DNA of 45,972 nt from assembly GCA_964514975.1 (NCBI GenBank), contig CAZESS010000001.1, positions 126,297-172,268 on the forward strand, read 5' to 3'. The stretch is from an uncultured Thermoplasmatales archaeon. GTDB taxonomy: Archaea > Thermoplasmatota > E2 > UBA202 > DSCA01. Positions 37,368 through 45,702 of the stretch are shown here, one piece after another; positions within the stretch are counted from its first letter, which is position 1, and each line of letters begins with the position of its first letter. A model generated the notes under the pieces. That model had not been told where the DNA came from, searched no databases, and was given only the letters and a program-made list of their open reading frames with translations. Made by a program: the position numbers and the translations under genes.

Positions 37368-38345
37368 CTATACCGTAACGCCGATTTTTTCCGTCATCTT
37401 GTTGGTGATGTACACCGGGGCCTCACGCAGCAGCGCACGATAAGAGCTATCCGGGATGGCATCAGAACCGGCGACATCCTGCGCCGCCCCCACATACCGC
37501 TGGATGCCCTGCTCGTAGACCTCCTCCAGGCTGGTGCCCTTTTTCTCGAGTTCCTCCTCGATGGACAGCTTGCCCTTCTCCAGCAGGTCGATGGTCCGCT
37601 GGTCGACATCGGTGCCAAACGCCTTCAAAAGCGGCATGATGATACCCTCCTCCATCTTGCCCTGCGCGATGTCCACCATGTCATCCGCTATCTGATATGC
37701 GAGGCCGACGTTCCGGCCGTACTCGGCCATCACCGAGCGCACATGCTCAGACGCCCGTGCCTCGATAGCACCGGCGCGGCAGGCGGCCGCAAACAGCGAA
37801 GCCGTTTTCATCTCGATGACCCGGATGTACTCCTGCATCAGCAGCTCCGTGGAGTTCTCCTGCTCAAATATTCGCTCCAGATGCGCGTTCAGGTCGATGT
37901 CGCGCAGCTGCCCGACCAGGGTGTCATCCCAGGTGTCAAGAAAAATACGGGCATTCTCCAGCCCATGGTCAACCGAAATCCGGAACGCCTGGCTGATCAT
38001 CCGATGCCCCGTCAAAATAGCGTTACCCACGCCCTTTTCCACATGCAGCGCCGGCTTCCCGCGCCGCACCGCGTCGTCATCCATGATATCGTCATGGAGC
38101 AATGAAGCCGAATGCGCAAGCTCGATACCCACGGCGCTCTCCAGCGCCTTCTGGTATAGCTGGTCACGCTCGCCGTTCGAGCAGGCCCTGAACGACAGGA
38201 TGAGCATCACGGGCCGGAGCAGCTTGCCGCCCTCGACCGCGTAGCGCATGTCCTCGTCGGATACCTCCCCCTCCATCTTTTGGCGTACCTCGTCCTGCAT
38301 CTCCGCGACGAATTCCTGAAATGTGAGCACATGACTGAGGGACAT
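37368..38345 (-). CDS. trans-Polyprenyl diphosphate synthase
   Basis: GGKLLRP, FARM LLHDDIMD...RRGKP, GQ..D, KTASLF, SARM YQIADDMVD. Confidence 0.93.
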   Translation of the reverse strand: MSLSHVLTFQEFVAEMQDEVRQKMEGEVSDEDMRYAVEGGKLLRPVMLILSFRACSNGERDQLYQKALESAVGIELAHSASLLHDDIMDDDAVRRGKPALHVEKGVGNAILTGHRMISQAFRISVDHGLENARIFLDTWDDTLVGQLRDIDLNAHLERIFEQENSTELLMQEYIRVIEMKTASLFAAACRAGAIEARASEHVRSVMAEYGRNVGLAYQIADDMVDIAQGKMEEGIIMPLLKAFGTDVDQRTIDLLEKGKLSIEEELEKKGTSLEEVYEQGIQRYVGAAQDVAGSDAIPDSSYRALLREAPVYITNKMTEKIGVTV

Positions 38346-38689
38346 TGTTAGGGCTAAACGACATCTTATATAATAACCTAACGCCCGTCACAGTACTTCG
38401 GAATGTGGCAGAAAAGGTGGTAAATACTGTGGATGAAACTAAGCCAGCACTTTAACCTCCCCTTGTAACGCCGCCATATATCCTCACAAATAGTTAATAA
38501 ATTATTACTTTCCGAACTACTGCGTCACGGTGGCGTTCCCCGTCACCCGGCCGGCATGTTTTTTACCGTTCGGTCACCGATAGCCCGGCCATGGATTCCA
38601 TCCGGCATGGAAAAACGGGTTTTTTTCTCCTGTAGCACACATGGAAAAACGAGAAAATTTAAATAATCTCGTCCGTTGGCACATCCACT

Positions 38690-40366
38690 ATGGGCTCCGT
38701 TGAAACAGCCGCACACAGGGAGGGATACCGGGTGCTCGAACCGACCCGCAGCGTCGACGAGGAGACAATGGAAAAAACCGGAGTCCCGGCGACCATCCCC
38801 GCGGCCTACGTAGAAAAAAATGGCGAGGTGTTTTTGCTCAAGGAAAACGGTACCAGGGAGCGCATCGGCACCATGGCATACTGGCAAAAAATCAAGCAGT
38901 ATCCGCCGCCCCCGGACCGGACAGCCGACATCTCCACCGACATCGAGCACGAGCACGACCTCCAAAGCTGCGGGCTCTGCAGCCAGCACAAAAACAGCAC
39001 CGCGCTGCTGAACGTCGCCGTCACCAACCGATGCGACCTGCGATGCTGGTACTGCTTTTTCTACGAGGAAAAAGCCGGCTTCGTCTACGAGCCCACGCTG
39101 GAGGACATCATGGAGGGCATCCGCACCGCCCGGCGGTTCAACGGCTACGTGCCCCCGATACAGATAACCGGCGGCGAACCAGCGATGCGGGACGACCTCG
39201 CCGACATCATCAGCGGGGCGGTCGAGCTCGGCTCGCCCCATGTCCAGCTCAACTCCAACTCCATCTCGGTCGGCATCGACTATTTCGAGGACCCCGACAG
39301 CGCCATCGAACGGGTGCGGCGGTGGCGGGAGGCCGGCCTGAAAACCATCTACACCTCGTTCGACGGCGTCAGCCCGGACTCGGCCAGCGACCCCAAAAAC
39401 CATTACGAGATACCGTTTGCACTGCAGGCCTACATCGACGGTGGCATCAAGTCAACGGTGCTCGTCCCCACGGTCAGCCAGCTCAACCTGCACGAGGCAG
39501 GGGACATCGTCCGGTTCGCCATGCACAACATGGACAAGGGCATAATGGCCGTCAACTTCCAGCCCATCTCCATGGTCGGCTACATCAAAAAAGGCGACCG
39601 GGAAAAACTCCGCGTCGTCCAGAGCGACATCGTCGAGCAGCTGGAGCAGCGATTTGGCTTCGGCATCGAGGCATGGTATCCCGTGTCGACGGTGTCATCG
39701 CTGGCGGACATCGTCGGCAAACGCGCCCACTACGACGTCCACTTCTACAACAACGAAAAATGCGGCATCGCCACCTATGTCTACGTCGACCGGGAAAACA
39801 TGACATTGCACCCGATCACCGAGTTCCTGGACGTCGACCGCTTCATCCAGGACGTCAACGACATGACGACGAGCCGCTGGAAAAAAGTCGTCACCGGCGC
39901 CAGTTTGCTGCGTGACACGGTCCGCTACCGCGGGCTCAACAGGGCGCTGGCGAAAAAGCTCACCGACTACATCATCCGGGACGAGCTGCCCAACGGCGAG
40001 TCCCTGTCCGAGATGCTGGAGAACATCCTCGGCGACGGCAGCTACGACAGCCTCCGCACCTTCCACTACAACTTTTTGTTCCTCGGCATGATGCACTTCC
40101 AGGACTACTACAACTACGACGTCAACCGCGTCCAGCGCTGCAGCATCCACTACGCCACCGGCGACCGCATCATCCCCTTCTGCACCTACAACGTCTACCC
40201 CTCCCTCTACCGCGACCGCTATCTCGAACAGCACAAGGAAACCGGCGACCGCGCCCAACAGCTCATGGAGCAAAGCAGGCAGGCAAAAAAGCGCGTCCAG
40301 AAATTCCGCAAACACAAGGACGAAATCGTGGAACACCCGGTGTATAAGCAGGTGTACGACTTCTAG
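38690..40366 (+). CDS. Radical SAM protein of the tetraether lipid synthase (Tes/GDGT-MAS, MJ0619-like) family, divergent
   Basis: CGLC.QH...T.L...VTNRCDLRCWYCF, YEPTLE.I, QITGGEP, VNFQP.S.VG, MHFQD.YN.D..RV.RC.IHYAT...IIPFCTYN; aaaatttaaata promoter at about 38655. Confidence 0.85.
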   Translation: MGSVETAAHREGYRVLEPTRSVDEETMEKTGVPATIPAAYVEKNGEVFLLKENGTRERIGTMAYWQKIKQYPPPPDRTADISTDIEHEHDLQSCGLCSQHKNSTALLNVAVTNRCDLRCWYCFFYEEKAGFVYEPTLEDIMEGIRTARRFNGYVPPIQITGGEPAMRDDLADIISGAVELGSPHVQLNSNSISVGIDYFEDPDSAIERVRRWREAGLKTIYTSFDGVSPDSASDPKNHYEIPFALQAYIDGGIKSTVLVPTVSQLNLHEAGDIVRFAMHNMDKGIMAVNFQPISMVGYIKKGDREKLRVVQSDIVEQLEQRFGFGIEAWYPVSTVSSLADIVGKRAHYDVHFYNNEKCGIATYVYVDRENMTLHPITEFLDVDRFIQDVNDMTTSRWKKVVTGASLLRDTVRYRGLNRALAKKLTDYIIRDELPNGESLSEMLENILGDGSYDSLRTFHYNFLFLGMMHFQDYYNYDVNRVQRCSIHYATGDRIIPFCTYNVYPSLYRDRYLEQHKETGDRAQQLMEQSRQAKKRVQKFRKHKDEIVEHPVYKQVYDF

Positions 40367-40496
40367 AAGGAAGAGAACAGCTGAGCGAAATAAAGAGTTA
40401 CTTATTTGCAAGTAGATTTTTTAGGCGAACTCTGGTAATCTGATAAAAATCAAAATAAACTTATATGTCAAAATATTACTTATTTGTAGGGATGAG

Positions 40497-42002
40497 ATGC
40501 GACTACTAATAGATACGAACATATTCATTTATCGGGAAGATTATGGAGTTGTTCCTGAAAACCTTCAGAGGCTTATAAAAATATTAAACGATTTAGGAGC
40601 CCACATTTTGGTACATCCTATGTCTGTGGAAGAGATAAAGAGAGATGAGGATGCGGAAAGAAGAGAGGTTTCTCTCTCGAAAATTAAAACCTATACGTTC
40701 GTAGAGAATCCTCCGGAAGCGACGGACGATAAGAAATTTATTGCGTTAGTGGGCCAAACTGATGACCCTCACGAAATAGTTGATAATAATCTTCTATTTT
40801 GTATTCAGAAAGAAGCAGCACAATATCTCATAACAGAAGATAAAGGTATTCATAGAAAAGCAGAGAAGATACAGTTATCAGACCGGGTGCTATCGGTTAG
40901 TGAGGCAATTGATAGTTTCGAAGGTTTTCTTCCTAAAGAAGCAGTTAGAACGCCGCCCTCATTGAATCATGTGCCTCTATATACTCTAGATATCGAAGAC
41001 CCTATTTTTAATTCATTAAAACAGGAATATCCTGACTTTGAGAAATGGTGGAGAAAAAAATGCCGGGAGGGGAGAAAAGCATGGGTATATTTTCAGGAGA
41101 ATAGGACTATTGGTGCAATTCTAATCCTAAAACTAGAAGAGGAATCTATCCCTTCGACTCCGTCATTACCAGAAAAGAAACGGGTTAAAATATGTACTCT
41201 AAAAGTTAAAGAAACTGGACATAAAATTGGCGAATTGTTTATTAAAATATCTGTTAGATTGGCTATTAAAAACCAACGAGATGAATTGTATTTAACCCAT
41301 TTTACTAAACTAGAAGGGGATCGTCTTGTTGATTTAATCAAGGAATTTGGATTCAATCAAGCCGCTAAGACATCAGATGGAGAAGCTGTATATGTAAAGA
41401 ATATTTATCCTATACGAAATGGGTATGTGCCTATTGAAATTGACAAACAATTTTATCCTGGCTTCTATGACGGAGAAAAGGTAAAAAAATTTTTAGTTCC
41501 TATCCAGCCCCAATATCATGACAGGTTATTCATTGATTGGCCTGGTAGACAACATAGTCTTTTCGAATTTAGCAAGACAGGAGCGGAACTTATTACTGAA
41601 GGGAATACCATAAAGAAGGCATATATTTGTCATTCAAAAACAAGAAAGGTGTCCACGGGTGATATTTTATTGTTTTATCGTTCAAGGGATAAAAAAAGCG
41701 TTACCACTCTTGGGATAGCGGAAGAGGTTTACGATGACATAACTTCAGCCGAAAGGATAATCCATCTTATCGGAAAAAGAAGTGTATATAGTATACCGGA
41801 GATAGAAGAGCTGACTATTAAGCCGACCAAAGTGATTTTGTTTAGGCAACATTTTAACTTCCCCATTCCTGTTTCACGAGATTTTTTAAACGAAGAGGAT
41901 ATTATGTGCTGGGCACCACAGTCAATTACCGAGATAGAGAACGAAGAATATCAACTAATAAAAAACAAAGGAGGAATAGATGAAAGCTTTACTGTCGATT
42001 AA
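40497..42002 (+). CDS. PIN nuclease - GNAT acetyltransferase - PUA-like (EVE/ASCH-type) fusion protein
   Basis: PIN LIDTNIFI...E...D..L...LITED; GNAT KICTLKV....KIGELFI...LYLT...LI.EFGF; C-terminal VPI.P.YH..LF, GNTIKKAY, GDILLFYRS; AT-rich. Confidence 0.82.
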   Translation: MRLLIDTNIFIYREDYGVVPENLQRLIKILNDLGAHILVHPMSVEEIKRDEDAERREVSLSKIKTYTFVENPPEATDDKKFIALVGQTDDPHEIVDNNLLFCIQKEAAQYLITEDKGIHRKAEKIQLSDRVLSVSEAIDSFEGFLPKEAVRTPPSLNHVPLYTLDIEDPIFNSLKQEYPDFEKWWRKKCREGRKAWVYFQENRTIGAILILKLEEESIPSTPSLPEKKRVKICTLKVKETGHKIGELFIKISVRLAIKNQRDELYLTHFTKLEGDRLVDLIKEFGFNQAAKTSDGEAVYVKNIYPIRNGYVPIEIDKQFYPGFYDGEKVKKFLVPIQPQYHDRLFIDWPGRQHSLFEFSKTGAELITEGNTIKKAYICHSKTRKVSTGDILLFYRSRDKKSVTTLGIAEEVYDDITSAERIIHLIGKRSVYSIPEIEELTIKPTKVILFRQHFNFPIPVSRDFLNEEDIMCWAPQSITEIENEEYQLIKNKGGIDESFTVD

Positions 42003-42420
42003 GCCGAAATACATTAAAGAAATTGCCAATGGTAACAAAAAATACGAATTTAGAAAATATACATTTAAAAAAAGGGTCCAAGAAATATGGATTTATGCAA
42101 CTTCTCCGGCCCAGGAAATTGTTGGTTTATTCTCGGTCGGAGGGATAATTAAGGATACACCGCAAAATTTATGGGATTCCCTCAAAAAAGATGCGGGAAT
42201 CTGTGAGAAAGAATTTTTTGATTATTTTAATGGAACCAACGTAGGGTATGCGATCAAGATTGGAGATATTGAATTCTTTGATACACCTTTAGACCCGTGG
42301 GAAATTTTTCCGAATTTTTCGGCCCCCCAGTCATATTGTTATCTCCGAGAGCCTATGCAATATACGCAATCGTTTGAACAGTCACTATTGGATAGTTATC
42401 CTTCAGCGGTGCCCGGTTGA
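41980..42420 (+). CDS. ASCH-domain protein
   Basis: LLSIKPKY...I..G.KKYEFRK, IYATSP...IVG.F, APQSYCYL; GGAGG RBS; 23-nt overlap with the upstream gene. Confidence 0.88.
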   Translation: MKALLSIKPKYIKEIANGNKKYEFRKYTFKKRVQEIWIYATSPAQEIVGLFSVGGIIKDTPQNLWDSLKKDAGICEKEFFDYFNGTNVGYAIKIGDIEFFDTPLDPWEIFPNFSAPQSYCYLREPMQYTQSFEQSLLDSYPSAVPG

Positions 42421-42704
42421 TAATACATTTGTTTCTCCTTATAGCAACTGATAAATAGTTTAGACGAGCGGGCTCGGTGGGATTTGAACCCACGGTCTGC
42501 AGCTCCGAAGGCGTGCGCCTCATTGCTGTCCGCTGAGGGGCTATTTGGCAACGGTGTATAGACGCAGTGGCCGCTGAAAAATTCGCGCAGCCGTATGGTT
42601 AAAAACTGCGAAACGTTCAGGCCGTATGCCTTCGCCATATTGAGCAAATGCTGAGGCACGCGCACGGTTGTTTTGCGCTTTCGCGTTTGCTTGCTGTATG
42701 GCAT
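42396..42704 (-). CDS. CcdA/RHH-like small protein reading through the att half-tRNA; probable N-terminal fragment of a split (SSV1/pTN3-type) integrase
   Basis: RKTTVRVPQHLLNMAKAYGLNVSQFL..RL RHH pattern; AFGAADRGFKSHRAR is encoded by the tRNA half. Confidence 0.6.
   Translation of the reverse strand: MPYSKQTRKRKTTVRVPQHLLNMAKAYGLNVSQFLTIRLREFFSGHCVYTPLPNSPSADSNEAHAFGAADRGFKSHRARSSKLFISCYKEKQMYYQPGTAEG
42469..42512 (-). mobile_element. att site: isolated 3' half of tRNA-Arg(TCG)
   Basis: Reverse complement GC-CTTCGGA-GCTGC-AGACC-GTGGG-TTCAAAT-CCCAC-CGAGCCC-G gives the anticodon loop, T-arm and 3' acceptor strand; no D-arm or 5' acceptor strand upstream. Confidence 0.85.
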
Positions 42705-42763
42705 AGTGCCATAATGTGCAACCACTCAAAAAGCTTGTGAAATAAGGCAGGGGTGAAGACCTA

Positions 42764-43435
42764 TTATCCCCTCGGTACAGGTTTGAATATTTTAATAATA
42801 AACGCAATTAAGAAGGAAACGCTCAAGATAGCAGCAAGACTAATCACTAATATAGCAGTTATAAGAATTGCAGGGTATATCTCTAAAACAGGTGAGAGTG
42901 GAAGACAAATCAATGATAATATTAGTACAAATGCGATAAAATGTATAGCAGGGTAAAATTCTTTTAACGAAAATCCTTCTCTGTTTTGAGGTTTAGTATC
43001 AGTTAGTAAGGGTTTATTCCTTTGGAATATTGGCGATTGTATTGCCAAAAAACCCCCGATTATTCCAAGTAAAGCAGCAAAACCTTGTAGCATGCTGCTA
43101 AAAAACCAATACGAAGTATTTTTTGTTACTCCGAACCGAGCGTATTCCCCTGATGCATCCATAAAAACAAACGTAAATGAGGCAATAACTGCAACCAAAG
43201 CAAAGGCAAAGATTGATATTTTTATGCTTTGGTCTAATGTCAGTAGATAGGATATCATGATGAACAGACCGATGAATGCAAGGATGCCAAATAGATATTC
43301 GTAAAAGCCAATGGTAATACCTACTGTTAAATGAGTGATTACCAATGTAATGCTTATGGCCACATACAGTGGAATAACGACTTTTGAGCGAGAAATTTTC
43401 TCGCTCAAATCTTCCCACACTCCATTATTTGTCAC
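42764..43435 (-). CDS. Hypothetical multi-pass membrane protein (AT-rich cargo)
   Basis: 223-aa ORF with about 6 hydrophobic segments. Confidence 0.65.
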   Translation of the reverse strand: MTNNGVWEDLSEKISRSKVVIPLYVAISITLVITHLTVGITIGFYEYLFGILAFIGLFIMISYLLTLDQSIKISIFAFALVAVIASFTFVFMDASGEYARFGVTKNTSYWFFSSMLQGFAALLGIIGGFLAIQSPIFQRNKPLLTDTKPQNREGFSLKEFYPAIHFIAFVLILSLICLPLSPVLEIYPAILITAILVISLAAILSVSFLIAFIIKIFKPVPRG

Positions 43436-43538
43436 GATACTGAATGAGATTATTTATTAAAAATCAATTGGTTTTCTATAAATCCATCATTTTTATCGCA
43501 AATTTAATAGCAAGCGGATAATATTCCTGTTTTCTATA

Positions 43539-44219
43539 ATGGATTTAGCAATTCCTAAACAGGGCAACAAATTCGTAAGCATTCAACGCGTGTGGTTTAT
43601 CGCCATGGTCGGACTTTCTATTGCTTGGCTTATGAGCGACATCGTGCTGCGCCTGCCAATGGATTACGAAGGGCGTGCGGTGCTATTTGCCGCCATCATT
43701 GTGCCAATCTGCTTTGTCCTGTTACATTTATTCGTTGTTCGGCGCGGGCTTGCATCGTGGCATGATTTTGGATTAACCACCCGCAATGCGGGCAGAAACG
43801 CCGCATATGGCGTGGCGTTGGGCGCTGTTGCGCTCGTTGTTGCGGTTGCTACGTTGCGATGGGTGTATGGCGTTACCGACATGAACCCACCTGCTGATTG
43901 GCAGCTTTATGCCGTTGCGTCGGGCGTTGCCGCGCCGATATGGGAGGAACTGCTATTCCGTGGCATGCTTTTTGGCTCGCTGCTTATGCTCGTTGAACGC
44001 AGGGTGCGCACCGACTTGCAACCTGCTGTTTTGCTTGGCGTGGCGTTTTTGATAAACATATTTTTCCTGACGGCGCATTGGGGCGCAAACCTGCTCGTTA
44101 TTTACCTGACGGGCTTTGCGTACGTGTTTGCGTTTTACGCAACGCGCAGTTTGGTAACGCCGATTATCGCGCATGCAGTGTACAACCTAACACTTATTGC
44201 TGCCGCATCTTGGTTTTAA
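43539..44219 (+). CDS. CPBP-family (CAAX/Abi) intramembrane glutamic endopeptidase
   Basis: APIWEELLFRG (EExxxR), FLTAH (FxxxH), IIAHAVYN (HxxxN). Confidence 0.9.
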   Translation: MDLAIPKQGNKFVSIQRVWFIAMVGLSIAWLMSDIVLRLPMDYEGRAVLFAAIIVPICFVLLHLFVVRRGLASWHDFGLTTRNAGRNAAYGVALGAVALVVAVATLRWVYGVTDMNPPADWQLYAVASGVAAPIWEELLFRGMLFGSLLMLVERRVRTDLQPAVLLGVAFLINIFFLTAHWGANLLVIYLTGFAYVFAFYATRSLVTPIIAHAVYNLTLIAAASWF

Positions 44220-44252
44220 TCCTATAGCGATATGTTTATAAGTTAAATTAAA

Positions 44253-44275
44253 TTTATAATTGGCTACGTAGCCAA
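44253..44275 (+). promoter_or_regulatory. TATA box followed directly by a perfect 16-bp palindrome (operator-like)
   Basis: tttataa at 44253-44259; TTGGCTACGTAGCCAA at 44260-44275. Confidence 0.6.
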
Positions 44276-44356
44276 CATGTACTATACTGTTGCTGCACCA
44301 CCGCAGTTGGATGATAGGCCAGGAGTGGAATTGGTACTATCAAGGAGACGAATAGT

Positions 44357-44455
44357 ATGCTAAAAATAGCAATCTCCGCTGACAGCGATGATATTGTAAA
44401 AATAGCCAAAGCAGCCTTTTGGTTTGCCATAGCTATTGGCGCAATATCACTCTAA
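44357..44455 (+). CDS. Putative 32-aa hydrophobic peptide (MLKIAISADSDDIVKIAKAAFWFAIAIGAISL)
   Basis: AGGAG RBS-like sequence upstream; hydrophobic C-terminus. Confidence 0.45.
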   Translation: MLKIAISADSDDIVKIAKAAFWFAIAIGAISL

Positions 44456-45167
44456 TTCAGAGGAGATATTCGGATGGGTGGCGGAGGCGTGAATTGTTGT
44501 ACATGTAACGGTGGGCGTGCTTTTTCATGCCCACCTATTATCCCTTCATTATTCCTTTTTACAATCGCGCATCAAATAGCATTATTGCTGAGATAAGCGC
44601 GAGAAAGGGCTAACCACGTGGCGAGCGTGGAATGCGGGCAAAGGCAAGGGCTCGTCGCCCTGCCCGCCGCATGTAAAGCGTGTTCTGCGGCAAGTCATAT
44701 AGGCGTGCATTGCGCCACGCAGGTGATGTAGAATAATCAGTAAAAGTATAGAAAATGCCTATACAATTGCAAGAAAATAACTATCAGTAATCGCGGGTAA
44801 ACCTATCTATTTACCAGCCATTCTGCATCAGTCGCCACGCAAAGCAAAACGCTTTTATAGCTTGCTTGCGAGCTCTCATTTGTCTTGGTACTGCATGCCG
44901 TGCTTGCTGAGCGCTCGGAAATAACCAATGGGGAAAAACTTTTATACGGAATCGCGCCGCTGTGAGGATTGCCAAAGCGTGCGCAAAAACATTATGCGTC
45001 TTCTTGTTATGCCATAATACGGTTTGTTTTGGCTGTGTTGTCGCTTGCTTGCTTACCTGCGTCTTAGCATCGTGCACTTTGCAGTTGGCAATAGCGCTCT
45101 GTGCATGGTGCAGTAAAAAAATAAACAATAAAAGTAACACAAAACAACAAACAAAAAACCCTGCATT

Positions 45168-45462
45168 TTTACTTGCTTACTTGCAAGTTAGCAAGTACGC
45201 AAGTTAGCGCATTAGCATACTTGCACATTGCATATTGCACGTGCACTTAGCAAGCTTGCACCTTGCACACTTGCACATTAGCAACATTGCATATTGCAAA
45301 TGAGCAAGGGCGCTTGGTGGTGGGGTATGTATGCAAGTAACCAATGGTTATTCTTTTGCTAATTAGCAAATAAGCACATGTGCACAGTGCACCGTGCAGG
45401 GTGCAGGGGGCGCATGTGCACGGTGCAGCCCTGCACCCCTGCTGAATTGTGCAGGGTGCTTA
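45168..45462. repeat. Dense array of 7-8-bp (T/A)GCA-core degenerate repeats and palindromes (origin- or centromere-like)
   Basis: acttgctt acttgcaa gttagcaa gtacgcaa gttagcgc attagcat acttgcac attgcat attgcac ... gtgcacagtgcac gtgcagggtgcaggg ... ccctgcacccctgc. Confidence 0.75.
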
Positions 45463-45514
45463 AGTGGCATACAAAAAAGCAAACCCTTATATGGCACTAC
45501 CGTATTATGCAGCT

Positions 45515-45676
45515 ATGAAGATGTTCCGCATGGACGAGATGGCGCACCGCCTAATCGAAGATGCCAAAGAGCGCATGCAGGACATAGGTTGGGAGCACCC
45601 AACCAACAGCGACGCCATACGCTACATGCACGAAAAAGCGTTTAACGATAAGCATACGCAGCATAAGCCAAAATAA
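45515..45676 (+). CDS. Small RHH/antitoxin-like DNA-binding protein (53 aa)
   Basis: MKMFRMDEMAHRLIEDAKERM......PTNSDAIRYM pattern; cttatat box about 25 nt upstream. Confidence 0.6.
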   Translation: MKMFRMDEMAHRLIEDAKERMQDIGWEHPTNSDAIRYMHEKAFNDKHTQHKPK

Positions 45677-45702
45677 ACTGCGTGGTGTTGGCCAATTTTT
45701 TA

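Noticed and set aside
38346-38689. ATGGAAAAACG direct repeat (about 38608 and 38641) and short palindromes in the divergent promoter region
   Set aside because: Only two short copies; possibly operators but not distinguishable from chance
42469-42512. Intact, intron-containing or split tRNA-Arg gene
   Set aside because: No matching 5' half or bulge-helix-bulge seen nearby; the break position and context fit an att duplication
44811-45207. ORFs 44811-45140 (-) and 44962-45207 (+)
   Set aside because: No recognisable motifs or RBS, biased composition, and overlap with A-tract and repeat DNA; cannot be supported
45168-45462. CRISPR array
   Set aside because: No constant 24-40-bp repeat with unique spacers and no cas genes in the window
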